Assembly: GCA_949289565.1 (NCBI GenBank)
Contig: CASEOO010000030.1
Location: forward strand, 145,813-209,812
DNA: 64,000 bases
From: an uncultured Bacteroidales bacterium
GTDB taxonomy: Bacteria > Bacteroidota > Bacteroidia > Bacteroidales > UBA932
Direction of reading: 5' to 3'
Shown: in pieces, positions 55,670 through 64,000 of the stretch
How positions within the stretch are numbered: position 1 is the stretch's first letter
Layout: every line of letters begins with the position of its first letter
Notes under the pieces: model-generated
Database searches by the model: none
What the model was told of the DNA's origin: nothing
What the model saw: the letters and a program-made list of their open reading frames with translations, nothing else
Position numbers and translations under genes: made by a program

Positions 55670-56839
55670 CTATTTACGTGGAAAATTCAGGTCAATATAT
55701 GCTCTCTGCAGCCGTCTGTAAACAAGCGGAGGGAGCCCCAGGAAACACAGCATGGCAATGGCCTGCGGATACCAGCCTGCAAAGCCGCTTCCGAAAATGC
55801 CTTCCTGCACATACATGAGGTAGAAATGCCGGAGCGGGAAAGCCGCGGCCAGACCTTGTATGCATGAAGGCATGGCTTCGACAGGAAGAGAGAACCCTGC
55901 CAGAGAAAACGCGAGCATGCTGTAAAGCGCCGAAATACTTATTGCCAGTCTCAAGACTGGCAATATTCCTGCGATGAAAAATGCCGCGGCCTCGCTTGCA
56001 AGCACGAGCAGGAAAGTCCCCAGGAACATGTTCCAGATGCTTCCGGCCATGGGAAACTCCATCCAGTCATAGAGTATGAGATCGCATATGATTCCCATCG
56101 TGGTGAAAAGCACTGTATAAGGCAGCAGTTTCCCCAGCATGGCGGCAGTCATCGAACCTCCGGCCTTTTCCAGCAGATGCCTGGATGTCCCGTGCTTGAG
56201 CTCCGAACCGATGGCATAGACAGTCACCAATATAATGATGGTCTCCAGTATGCCGGGAATCAGGGCGCTGCACAGGAAAGCCCTGTAGTCGGCGGCGGGA
56301 TTCCCGATATTGTGTGAGTCGATGACGATCGGCTGTATCTGTCCCATGATGGATCTGTCATCCATGCCCTTGGCCCTGAACACCTCCTGTTGGACCGCTC
56401 CGGAAGACAGGTTCACCAATGTCAGCAGTTCCTTGTACGAAAGCGCTCCTCCCACGAAGTACAATGTGTTTACATACATCGTCAGCTCAGGCTGTCTGTT
56501 CGCCAGTACATCGCTGTAGAAACCTTCCGGAATCATGCAGAATGATGTGATTTTCCCGGTCTGCAATGCCTTTTTGGCCTCCTGATAAGAACAGAAACTG
56601 ACCGTTTTTCCGATACGTGTCGCCTCCAGCTGCCTGATGAAATTTCTCGACAGCGAAGACTGGTCCATATCCACCACTCCGATGGGAAGATCCTGCGGAA
56701 TCCTGTCCCGGAGCAGAGTCAGGAAGAAAACCATGCAGAATGTCATCACTCCTATTGATGCCAGAAGGTACACTGGCCGCTGTCTCATTATCCTCAGCTC
56801 TCTCCGGCTGACAGCCATGATATGTTCCAGTATATTCAT
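55670..56839 (-). CDS. ABC-2 type transporter permease (paralog)
   Basis: 389-aa ORF with the same topology as the neighbouring permease. Confidence 0.75.
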   Translation of the reverse strand: MNILEHIMAVSRRELRIMRQRPVYLLASIGVMTFCMVFFLTLLRDRIPQDLPIGVVDMDQSSLSRNFIRQLEATRIGKTVSFCSYQEAKKALQTGKITSFCMIPEGFYSDVLANRQPELTMYVNTLYFVGGALSYKELLTLVNLSSGAVQQEVFRAKGMDDRSIMGQIQPIVIDSHNIGNPAADYRAFLCSALIPGILETIIILVTVYAIGSELKHGTSRHLLEKAGGSMTAAMLGKLLPYTVLFTTMGIICDLILYDWMEFPMAGSIWNMFLGTFLLVLASEAAAFFIAGILPVLRLAISISALYSMLAFSLAGFSLPVEAMPSCIQGLAAAFPLRHFYLMYVQEGIFGSGFAGWYPQAIAMLCFLGLPPLVYRRLQRAYIDLNFPRK

Positions 56840-56875
56840 AGATTCCTCCTATTCCAGTTGAAGACTGCCTCCGGA

Positions 56876-57865
56876 TTAATCCACGACTATTGCCGTCATC
56901 CCCGGCAGCAGTCCATCTATATGTCTGACAGGGACTGTCCGCACTTCGAAGGTCTTCGCATCGTATTTCCCTGTGTCCAATGTGGCCCTCCATGTGGCAT
57001 ATGATTCCATCACGTTCATATAGCGGACTATGGTAGTGTACACAGTGTCACCGAGAGCCGGCACTTTCACCCTGAGTTCATCTCCGATTCGAAGGCCGTG
57101 AAGCATATCCTCCCTGATGCTGAATGTGAACCATGCATCATTCAGGTCGGTTACGGCCATTACAGGGGCTCCCTGCCCTGCAAGTTCTCCAGGCTTCGGA
57201 AACCTGGCAGAGATGACACCGTCGGCAGGGGCAGTCAGATAAAGTTCCCCGAGATAAGACTCGACTTCAGCCAAAGCGGCGGCCGCCTGGTCCACAAGAG
57301 CCTCAACGGTCTCGATATCTTCTTTTCTCGCGCCTTTTACCGCCATGTCGTATTGTGCTTTTGCAGCCGCGCTTGTCGCTTTTGCCGCCTTGTATTGTGC
57401 CTGCACCTCGTCGAATTTCTGCGCGCTCACCACCTCCTGTTCATACAGCCTCGACGTCCTTTCAAACGACTTTTCCATCACCTCCTCGCCGGCCAGCGCC
57501 TTTTGCCACATCTCGTATGCAGAGGCTATCTGCTCCTGTCTGGCGCCTTTCATCGCCTTGTTTTTCTGGGCTTCCGCAGCCGATTTCACCGCCATGGCCT
57601 GGGCCAGTTTCGCCTGCACTTCCGGACTCTCTATCTTCACGAGAGTGTCACCCTTGTGCACGAAGTCGCCTTCTCCGGCATAAAACTTTTCTACGCGGCC
57701 CGGCACTTTCCCCGAGACCCTGTATTCAGCCGCTTCCGCCTGTCCTTGCAGGACAATGGGATCGGGCTTCGACACTATATACCCGGCCAGCATCACTGCG
57801 GCCACGATAGCCAGCAATGCTATGATTCCTATAAGCAGATTATAACTTTTCTTCTTTTTTTCCAT
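56876..57865 (-). CDS. HlyD-family membrane fusion (periplasmic adaptor) protein
   Basis: 329-aa ORF with an N-terminal TM anchor, a long Ala/Gln/Lys-rich coiled-coil hairpin and a beta-barrel C-terminal part. Confidence 0.85.
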   Translation of the reverse strand: MEKKKKSYNLLIGIIALLAIVAAVMLAGYIVSKPDPIVLQGQAEAAEYRVSGKVPGRVEKFYAGEGDFVHKGDTLVKIESPEVQAKLAQAMAVKSAAEAQKNKAMKGARQEQIASAYEMWQKALAGEEVMEKSFERTSRLYEQEVVSAQKFDEVQAQYKAAKATSAAAKAQYDMAVKGARKEDIETVEALVDQAAAALAEVESYLGELYLTAPADGVISARFPKPGELAGQGAPVMAVTDLNDAWFTFSIREDMLHGLRIGDELRVKVPALGDTVYTTIVRYMNVMESYATWRATLDTGKYDAKTFEVRTVPVRHIDGLLPGMTAIVVD

Positions 57866-57902
57866 ATCGATATCTCCTTAATGTTAGTTTTGGAAATTAA
57901 CG

Positions 57903-59294
57903 TCACCGGCATTCTGCCCGTGCCAGGGCATCTGTTGTCATCTGGAGTTCCACTCCTGCATCAATATATTCTGAATGAGCCTTCATCCATGCTGACTGCG
58001 CCGCCATCACTGTATTTGACGGGATCACGCCTTCACCATAGCCTATGGTTGCAGTCCTGAGGTTCTCCTCCGCACTCTCCAGGCTGTTCTCCGCCATCTC
58101 CAGCTTCTCTCTGGCCTCGGCTTCCTGTTTTCTCAGCTGGGTCACCTGCAGCATGATCTTATCCCTGGCATCCTCCAGCCTGTACTCTGCGATGGCGGCT
58201 TCCGCTTTCGCCTTGCGTACTTTCTGCCAGGATTCGCATCCGTGAATGATAGGGATCTTCACTGCGACTCCTGCATTGAACATCCCTGCGAAAGTGTTGC
58301 TGAATCCATGGTATATATTAGGATTGGTCAGCAGATAATTGGCCGTGAGGGCTATCTGCGGCATCATGCCCGCACGCTCTACAGCCACTTTTCTGTCATA
58401 GATTTCTTCTGCCAGTTCCAGACTGCGGATTTCAGGCCTTCCGGCAATGATGTCGGCATATCCTTTTTCCTGGCCTCTTGCCGGCACCGGAATCCATTCT
58501 GCCAGCTCATCTTCAAGAGTGATTTCGCTGTTCATATCCATGCCGCATAGCTGGCAGAGCAGCATCTTGCTCAGGGAAAGCCCGTTTTCTGCCTTGGTCA
58601 GAAGCATCTGGGCCTCGTTTGCCTTGACTTTGACGGACAGCAGGTCTGCCTGGGTGGCCATGCCCTCGTTCACCATGAGTTCCGTGTCGTGCAGCATCTG
58701 CTGCAGCAGATCCGAATAGTCTCTGGCGAGTTTCTCTTTCCACGAGATCGAAACTATCTGCCAGTAAGCCTTGTCCACTTCCGTGGCAAGCTGTCTGCAT
58801 CCGATGTCGTACTGCGACTGTGCCAGTTCTTCCGCAAGCGAAGCTATCCTGTTGGCCGCCACGATTTTGCCTCCGGTGAACACAGGCTGCTTTAGGGAAA
58901 CTGCGCCGATGAAAATGTTCTGCGTGTCCAGTTCCAAAGCCGAATTGATGTCGTTCCCTATGCCGTTAAGAATATCTCCTATCTTGTTCAGAATAGTTCC
59001 TTGAAGGGGAGTTCCGAGACCTGTCAGCACATCTGAGGCCTCCTGCGGAATCAGGTGGACGTCCCGGCTGTTGTACATATATGCTCCCGTAACAGATACG
59101 TCCGGAAACCAGTTAGACATGGCTATTTTTCTGTCATGCCCGGCTACGGTCACTTTCTGCCTGGCGATTTTCAGGTCATAGTTGTTTGCCATGGCTGAGT
59201 CCCGGCATTGCTGCAGGGTCAGCACTTGGGAGTAGCCTGCCGTCCACGGCAATATTGACAGCATCGCTGTCAGGATGATGTTTCTTTTTTTCAT
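57903..59294 (-). CDS. TolC-family outer membrane efflux protein
   Basis: 463-aa ORF with a signal peptide and two internally repeated OEP helical halves (LTLQQCRDSAMANNYDLKIA...). Confidence 0.85.
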   Translation of the reverse strand: MKKRNIILTAMLSILPWTAGYSQVLTLQQCRDSAMANNYDLKIARQKVTVAGHDRKIAMSNWFPDVSVTGAYMYNSRDVHLIPQEASDVLTGLGTPLQGTILNKIGDILNGIGNDINSALELDTQNIFIGAVSLKQPVFTGGKIVAANRIASLAEELAQSQYDIGCRQLATEVDKAYWQIVSISWKEKLARDYSDLLQQMLHDTELMVNEGMATQADLLSVKVKANEAQMLLTKAENGLSLSKMLLCQLCGMDMNSEITLEDELAEWIPVPARGQEKGYADIIAGRPEIRSLELAEEIYDRKVAVERAGMMPQIALTANYLLTNPNIYHGFSNTFAGMFNAGVAVKIPIIHGCESWQKVRKAKAEAAIAEYRLEDARDKIMLQVTQLRKQEAEAREKLEMAENSLESAEENLRTATIGYGEGVIPSNTVMAAQSAWMKAHSEYIDAGVELQMTTDALARAECR

Positions 59295-59332
59295 TGTATA
59301 TTATTTTCGTCTCTTTCTTTTGCTTTCAGCAG

Positions 59333-59396
59333 GATTGCATACGCGAGCACTGTTGATTCCCGTCAGGGAATTGCAGCCTGTGCGAGCGATGCAATC
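59333..59396. promoter_or_regulatory. 64-nt composite imperfect palindrome in the divergent efflux-operon/AraC intergenic region (candidate operator)
   Basis: Outer arms GATTGCATACGCGAGCAC (59333-59350) and GTGCGAGCGATGCAATC (59380-59396) match in about 15 of 17 positions with one indel. The inner hairpin is ATTCCC-GTCA-GGGAAT (59356-59371). Confidence 0.35.
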
Positions 59397-59495
59397 AGTA
59401 GTCCGGAATCTGGCAATTTATATGAAGAAAGAAGACAGTTGTTGTCAAAAGGTCGGATTTTTGCAGATGCTCGCCCTCGCTGGAGGCTTTCCAGC

Positions 59496-60458
59496 ATGAA
59501 AAGAGCGTTGAATATGGAAAAAATTGCAGATACTTTGAGCCTGCCTCAGTTCAGAAGCCTGTTCCCTGTGACATCATGCCTGAGCATGGGCGATGACGCA
59601 TGCCTGATAGCTGTCAGGTATGACGAGACGCTGTCTGTTCTGGCACATCCTTGCAGGTTTGACGGCTTCCTCGCGTTTTATTGCATCTCCGGCCATATAA
59701 AGGTGATGATAAACCTGTCGGAATTCGATGTGGAGGAGAATTCTCTGTTTGTCTATATGCCTGGAAATATCATCTGTGTCACCGATGTGGATAAAAATAC
59801 TGCTGACAGTCTGTCTTTCAGGGTGATAGCCATGACTCGGGAATACATGGAGAGCCTGGATGTGAATATGCCGGGCCTGATGGAAAAGCGCATGATTCTT
59901 CAGCGGAAGCCCTATTTCTTTATACGGGGAGTGGCGCAGTCGATAGCCAGGAGCTATGTCGCGCTGGCAGGCGAGGTCCTGTCTTCCAATCTGTCGTACA
60001 AGAGGCGGAGCGTATCCCTGCTTCTGTCATCTTTCTTTTCCATAGCAGAGGGAATTTTGGAAGACGAGATGTATGCCGGCGGACAATTGCCAGCAGTCCA
60101 GGGCCGTGGCCGCATCGTGGCTGACCGTTTCCTGGATATGCTTGCCGAGTTCCATATGACAGAGAGAAAAGTCTCGTTCTATGCCGGAAAGCTCGGCTTG
60201 ACGCCAAAATATCTTTCCAGCCTTGTCAAGGAAGTCACCGGACGGTCAGCTCCGGAATGGATAGATGATTTCATCATAATGGAGGCGAAAAACATGCTGC
60301 GGTATTCGGACATGCCTATAAAAGAGATTGTCGGCCGTCTGAATTTCGCAGACCAGCCGACATTCCATAAATTTTTCAAATATCATACAGGCATCACTCC
60401 GATGCAGTACCGCAGGGGAGATCCAGAATCATCCTCTGACCTGCGAACAACCTGTTAA
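59496..60458 (+). CDS. AraC-family transcriptional regulator
   Basis: C-terminal double HTH (FYAGKLGLTPKYLSSLVKEVTGRSAPEWI ... IKEIVGRLNFADQPTFHKFFKYHTGITPMQYR). The start is uncertain: ATG at 59496, ATG at 59514, or TTG at 59439. Confidence 0.8.
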   Translation: MKRALNMEKIADTLSLPQFRSLFPVTSCLSMGDDACLIAVRYDETLSVLAHPCRFDGFLAFYCISGHIKVMINLSEFDVEENSLFVYMPGNIICVTDVDKNTADSLSFRVIAMTREYMESLDVNMPGLMEKRMILQRKPYFFIRGVAQSIARSYVALAGEVLSSNLSYKRRSVSLLLSSFFSIAEGILEDEMYAGGQLPAVQGRGRIVADRFLDMLAEFHMTERKVSFYAGKLGLTPKYLSSLVKEVTGRSAPEWIDDFIIMEAKNMLRYSDMPIKEIVGRLNFADQPTFHKFFKYHTGITPMQYRRGDPESSSDLRTTC

Positions 60459-60478
60459 CCGGGACATTGCCCAGGCCG

Positions 60479-62668
60479 TTACCGGATGAAGAGCAGTTCG
60501 CGGTATTTTGGAAGAGTCCACATCTGGTCATCGACGATGAGTTCGAGCTGGTCGATATGCTCCCTGATTTCATCCAGGCACGGGAAGACTGTGTCGTGAT
60601 ATGCGATAGCCTTTTCCCTCTCGTCCTGAATCCTGTTGGCCACTTTCCTGGCTTCCACCATCGCATCCACATGCCCTTTGATGAAAGCCGTGTGCGTCGC
60701 GATAGCCTCGATGAGCTCCATGTTTCTGACAGTCAGAGCATCAGCCTTGTCTGCAGGGAAGATTTCATGCATCTTGTACACATTGTCGATGAGTGTGCTC
60801 TGGTATTTCGTAGCCACAGGGACTATATGGTTCAGGGCCAGGTCCCCGAGCACTCGTGCCTCGATCTGTATCTTCTTCGTGTAAGTCTCCCATTTGACTT
60901 CATTCCTGGCTTCGAGCTCCTTGCGCGTCATCACGCCTGTGCTTTCGAACATGTTTATGCTGTCTTCGGAAAGGTAGCTGTCGTAGATGAGAGGCACGCT
61001 CGTCTCGCAGTCCAGGCCACGGCGCGCTGCCTCAGCCTTCCACTCGTCGCTGTAGCCGTTGCCGTCGAAATGAATCGGTTCGCACATCCGGATATATTCC
61101 TTGATGACGCCCAATATCGCCGAGAATTTGTCTTCGCCTGCGGCAATGCGTTCGTCTACCACAGACTTAAACTCTTTCAGCTGCTCAGCCATGGCCGAGT
61201 TCAGGACAATCATTGCGCTTGCGCAATTGGCTTCCGAGCCTACGGCCCTGAATTCGAACCGGTTTCCGGTAAATGCGAACGGCGAAGTCCTGTTCCTGTC
61301 GGTGTTGTCCACGAGGATTTCCGGTATCTGCGGAATGCCGAGATTCATGCCTTTCTTCCCTCCGAGAGACTGGAGGTTTTCCGGCTCGCTTTCCTCGATG
61401 TGCTTCAGCACGGCAGAGAGCTGCGATCCGAGGAAGCTGGATATGATGGCAGGAGGAGCCTCATTGGCGCCGAGCCTGTGCGCATTGTTCGCACTGGCGA
61501 TGGATGCCTTCAGAAGTCCGTTGTGGCGGTAGACCGCCATCAGGGTGTTGACGACGAAAGTCACAAAACGGAGATTGCTCTTGAAATCCTTTCCCGGGGC
61601 CATCAGGGCGATGCCGGTGTCCGTGCCGAGAGACCAGTTGTTGTGCTTGCCGCTTCCGTTCACCCCCTTGAACGGCTTTTCATGCAGGAGCACGCGGAAG
61701 CCATGGTTGCGCGCCAGCTTGCGCATCAGCGACATGATCAGCATGTTGTGGTCGTTGGCCAGGTTGCACTCCTCGTAGATAGGGGCGAGCTCGAACTGGT
61801 TAGGGGCCACTTCGTTGTGTCTGGTCTTGACAGGAATGCCGAGCTTCAGAGCCTCTATTTCCAGATCTTTCATGAATGCCGCCACCCTGGTCGGAATGGC
61901 TCCGAAATAGTGGTCTTCCAGCTGCTGGTTCTTCGCCGAGTCGTGTCCCATTAGGGTGCGCCCTGTCAGCAGAAGGTCAGGCCGTGCAGCATACAGGCCC
62001 TCGTCCACTAAGAAATACTCCTGTTCCCAGCCCAGATAGGTGATGACTTTCTTTACATCTGAATTGAAATAGTGGCAGACATCTGTGGCTGCCTTGTCCA
62101 CAGCCCTCAGAGCCTTGAGCAACGGTGCCTTGTAGTCTAGGGATTCACCGTTGTACGCTATGAAAATGGTAGGGATGCAGAGGGTGTCATCCACGATGAA
62201 GGCTGGGGAAGAAGGGTCCCAGGCAGAGTATCCGCGGGCCTCGAAAGTGTTCCTGATGCCTCCGTTGGGGAATGAAGACGCATCCGATTCCTGCTGTACG
62301 AGAAGTTTCCCGGAAAATTCTTCGATGACCCCTCCCTTTCCGTCATGCTCTATGAAAGAATCGTGCTTTTCGGCTGTGCCCTCTGTCAGAGGGGCGAACC
62401 AGTGTGTATAGTGGGTCACGCCCATTTCCACTGCCCATTTCTTCATGCCTGCGGCGACCTCGTCAGCTATGCTCCTGTCCAGAGCCGAGCCGGAGTCTAT
62501 CACGTTGATAAGTTTCGCGTAGACATCAGCCGGAAGATATTTGAACATCTTTTCCCGGTTGAAGACATACATGGCATAGTAATCTGACGGACGGCCTTTC
62601 GGCAGCTCCACTTCATACGGCTTCTTCCCGAACGCCGTTTCGACCATTTTGAATCTCAGTGTTGACAT
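60479..62668 (-). CDS. glnN: Glutamine synthetase type III (copy 1, complete, 729 aa)
   Basis: Length and sequence are typical of the Bacteroides GSIII family (MSTLRFKMVETAFGKKPYEV ... NGSGKHNNWS ... RTSPFAFTGNRFEFRAVGS). Confidence 0.95.
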   Translation of the reverse strand: MSTLRFKMVETAFGKKPYEVELPKGRPSDYYAMYVFNREKMFKYLPADVYAKLINVIDSGSALDRSIADEVAAGMKKWAVEMGVTHYTHWFAPLTEGTAEKHDSFIEHDGKGGVIEEFSGKLLVQQESDASSFPNGGIRNTFEARGYSAWDPSSPAFIVDDTLCIPTIFIAYNGESLDYKAPLLKALRAVDKAATDVCHYFNSDVKKVITYLGWEQEYFLVDEGLYAARPDLLLTGRTLMGHDSAKNQQLEDHYFGAIPTRVAAFMKDLEIEALKLGIPVKTRHNEVAPNQFELAPIYEECNLANDHNMLIMSLMRKLARNHGFRVLLHEKPFKGVNGSGKHNNWSLGTDTGIALMAPGKDFKSNLRFVTFVVNTLMAVYRHNGLLKASIASANNAHRLGANEAPPAIISSFLGSQLSAVLKHIEESEPENLQSLGGKKGMNLGIPQIPEILVDNTDRNRTSPFAFTGNRFEFRAVGSEANCASAMIVLNSAMAEQLKEFKSVVDERIAAGEDKFSAILGVIKEYIRMCEPIHFDGNGYSDEWKAEAARRGLDCETSVPLIYDSYLSEDSINMFESTGVMTRKELEARNEVKWETYTKKIQIEARVLGDLALNHIVPVATKYQSTLIDNVYKMHEIFPADKADALTVRNMELIEAIATHTAFIKGHVDAMVEARKVANRIQDEREKAIAYHDTVFPCLDEIREHIDQLELIVDDQMWTLPKYRELLFIR

Positions 62669-62717
62669 ATTTTGCAGCTTCGTGAGAGACAGGTTGCCGT
62701 CTCTTGTAAATTCTGCT

Positions 62718-62725
62718 GCAAAAAT
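62718..62725 (-). promoter_or_regulatory. -7 promoter box (TATTTTTG) for GSIII copy 1
   Basis: Exact TAnnTTTG on the minus strand, 49 nt upstream of the ATG at 62668. It coincides with the U-tract of the upstream terminator. Confidence 0.4.
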
Positions 62726-62726
62726 A

Positions 62727-62765
62727 AGAAACTGTTTTGAAATACACTTGATTTCAAAACAGTTT
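62727..62765 (-). terminator. Intrinsic terminator of GSIII copy 2 (16-bp perfect stem)
   Basis: GAAACTGTTTTGAAAT (62727-62742) pairs with ATTTCAAAACAGTTTC (62750-62765). 7-nt loop. On the minus strand it is followed by TTATTTTT. Confidence 0.65.
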
Positions 62766-62769
62766 CTGT

Positions 62770-62795
62770 CTTTGTTGCGGCGGCCGCCGCAACAA
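62770..62795 (-). terminator. 26-nt perfect GC-rich palindrome (TTTGTTGCGGCGGCCGCCGCAACAAA) just after the GSIII copy 2 stop
   Basis: Perfect palindrome read directly from the sequence. It would form a stem of about 11 bp in RNA and sits in tandem with the terminator at 62727-62765. Confidence 0.45.
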
Positions 62796-62827
62796 ACGGC
62801 TTCAAATCTGTGCCGGATGTATGCCAG

Positions 62828-64000
62828 TTACCGGATGAACAGCAGCTCCCTGTATTTCGGGAGAGTCCACATCTGGTCATCGACGATGAGCTCCAGCTTG
62901 TCTATATGATACCTGATCTCGTCCAGGCACGGGAAGACAGTGTCGTGGTATGCAATGGCTTTCTCACGTTCGTCAGTGATCCTGTTGGCCACTTTCCGGG
63001 CTTCCACCATCGCATCCACATGCTCCTTGATGAAAGCTGTATGCGAGGCGATGGCTTCTATCAGCTCCACATTCCTGAGAGTCAGTGCATCAGCCTTTCC
63101 CGCAGGGAAGATTTCATGCATTTTGTATACATTGTCTATGAGCGAACTCTGATACTTCGTTGCCACAGGGACTATATGGTTCAGAGCCAGATCTCCGAGC
63201 ACGCGGGCCTCTATCTGTATCTTTTTCGTGTAAGTCTCCCACTTGACTTCATTCCTGGCTTCGAGCTCCTTGCGCGTCATCACGCCTGCGCTTTCGAACA
63301 TCTTTACGCTCTCGTCGGTGAGATAGTTGTCATAGATGAGAGGCGCGCTAGTCTCGCAGTCCAGCCCTCTGCGCATCGCTTCCGCCTTCCACTCGTCGCT
63401 ATAGCCGTTCCCGTCGAACCGTATCGGCTCGCAGATTTTTATGTATTCCCTGATCACTCCTAAAATCGCGGAGAACTTTTCTTCGCCTGCGGCAATGCGT
63501 TCATCCACCACAGACTTGAACTCTTTCAGCTGCTCGGCCAATGCGGAGTTGAGGACAATCATTGCGCTCGCGCAATTGGCTTCCGAGCCTACGGCCCTGA
63601 ATTCAAACCTGTTTCCGGTAAATGCGAACGGCGAAGTCCTGTTCCTGTCGGTATTGTCCACGAGGATTTCCGGTATCTGCGGGATATCCAGTTTCATCCC
63701 CTTTTTCCCTCCTATGGACTGGAGGTTTTCCGGTTCGCTTTCCCCGATATGCTTCAGCACGGCAGAGAGCTGCGATCCGAGGAAGCTGGATATGATGGCA
63801 GGGGGAGCCTCATTGGCGCCGAGCCTGTGTGCATTGCTGGCGCTTATGATAGATGCTTTCAGCAGGCCGTTGTGCTTGTAGACAGCCATCAGGGTGTTGA
63901 CCACGAATGTGATGAATCTGAGATTGCCGGAAAAATCCTTGCCAGGCGACATCAGGGCAAGCCCTGTGTCCGTGCCGAGAGACCAGTTGTTGTGCTTGCC
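62828..64000 (-). CDS. glnN: Glutamine synthetase type III (copy 2, partial; the 5' part lies beyond the window end)
   Basis: The reading frame is open to position 64000. The Met at 63952 listed in the ORF track aligns with an internal residue of copy 1 (ALMAPGKDF). The C-terminal 374 aa align colinearly with copy 1. Confidence 0.9.
   Translation of the reverse strand, partial: GKHNNWSLGTDTGLALMSPGKDFSGNLRFITFVVNTLMAVYKHNGLLKASIISASNAHRLGANEAPPAIISSFLGSQLSAVLKHIGESEPENLQSIGGKKGMKLDIPQIPEILVDNTDRNRTSPFAFTGNRFEFRAVGSEANCASAMIVLNSALAEQLKEFKSVVDERIAAGEEKFSAILGVIREYIKICEPIRFDGNGYSDEWKAEAMRRGLDCETSAPLIYDNYLTDESVKMFESAGVMTRKELEARNEVKWETYTKKIQIEARVLGDLALNHIVPVATKYQSSLIDNVYKMHEIFPAGKADALTLRNVELIEAIASHTAFIKEHVDAMVEARKVANRITDEREKAIAYHDTVFPCLDEIRYHIDKLELIVDDQMWTLPKYRELLFIR

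Noticed and set aside
60467-61954. 495-aa ORF on the plus strand, antisense to the GSIII gene. Similar long antisense ORFs occur at 13778-14728, 57098-58060, 37993-38862, 19682-20488, 39519-40253, 40638-41396 and 62810-63463.
   Set aside because: Each lies entirely opposite a gene with unmistakable conserved motifs. Their translations are Arg/His/Cys/Leu-rich low-information sequences with no motif, signal or promoter context. They are the usual shadow ORFs of strongly biased coding regions.
62828-63952. Treating the Met at 63952 as the start of a 374-aa GSIII-related protein.
   Set aside because: The frame stays open to the window edge. This Met aligns with an internal residue of the full-length copy 1 (ALMAPGKDF), so the gene is simply cut by the window.
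1-64000. A scan for tRNA, rRNA, tmRNA, RNase P RNA, CRISPR arrays, integrases or complete IS elements.
   Set aside because: I saw no cloverleaf-like sequences, rRNA signatures, regularly spaced repeats, tyrosine or serine recombinase ORFs, or transposase ORFs with terminal inverted repeats. The only mobile-element-related sequences are the two truncated Rpn-like fragments.

Overview
This is a 64-kb chromosomal segment that is almost certainly from a Bacteroidales (Bacteroidota) genome. The signs are a type III glutamine synthetase, a Bacteroides-type fumarate reductase cytochrome b, TonB-dependent receptors with carboxypeptidase-regulatory-like N-termini, BACON-domain lipoproteins, and many TAnnTTTG -7 promoter boxes. 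I saw no rRNA, tRNA or CRISPR array.

Most of the window is housekeeping:
- hemW, aminopeptidase P, a TrpB-like enzyme, pyrH-frr.
- An aromatic amino acid operon (pheA, aminotransferase, tyrA, DAHP synthase/chorismate mutase).
- lpxK-dusB-metK, dcp, manA, a ROK kinase, gpmI, rnr, bcp.
- A TolC/HlyD/ABC-2 efflux operon with a divergent AraC regulator.
- Tandem GSIII genes.

The parts worth a second look:
1. A PUL-like but SusD-less locus at 22.2-33.0 kb. It combines BACON/OB-fold surface lipoproteins, two different secreted nucleases, a TonB-dependent transporter and a DUF5689-type OB-fold lipoprotein. I read it as a candidate extracellular nucleic-acid capture, digestion and uptake system. It is preceded by a promoter segment flanked by 14-bp perfect inverted repeats, a possible invertible switch.
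2. A 1624-aa single-polypeptide fusion of a DEDD exonuclease, a RecQ helicase and a UvrD helicase (44.1-49.0 kb), just downstream of a translationally coupled beta-barrel plus two-lipoprotein operon.
3. A Phe/Tyr-rich 18-codon leader peptide plus intrinsic terminator upstream of pheA, which looks like ribosome-mediated attenuation.
4. A roughly 220-nt densely structured intercistronic element with a 26-nt perfect direct repeat between gpmI and the ROK kinase gene.
5. A scrambled accessory patch where roughly 600-bp direct repeats carrying truncated Rpn-family genes flank a DUF4143 AAA ATPase.
6. A recent tandem duplication of GSIII.

All calls come from reading the sequence and the ORF translations. 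No database search was run.
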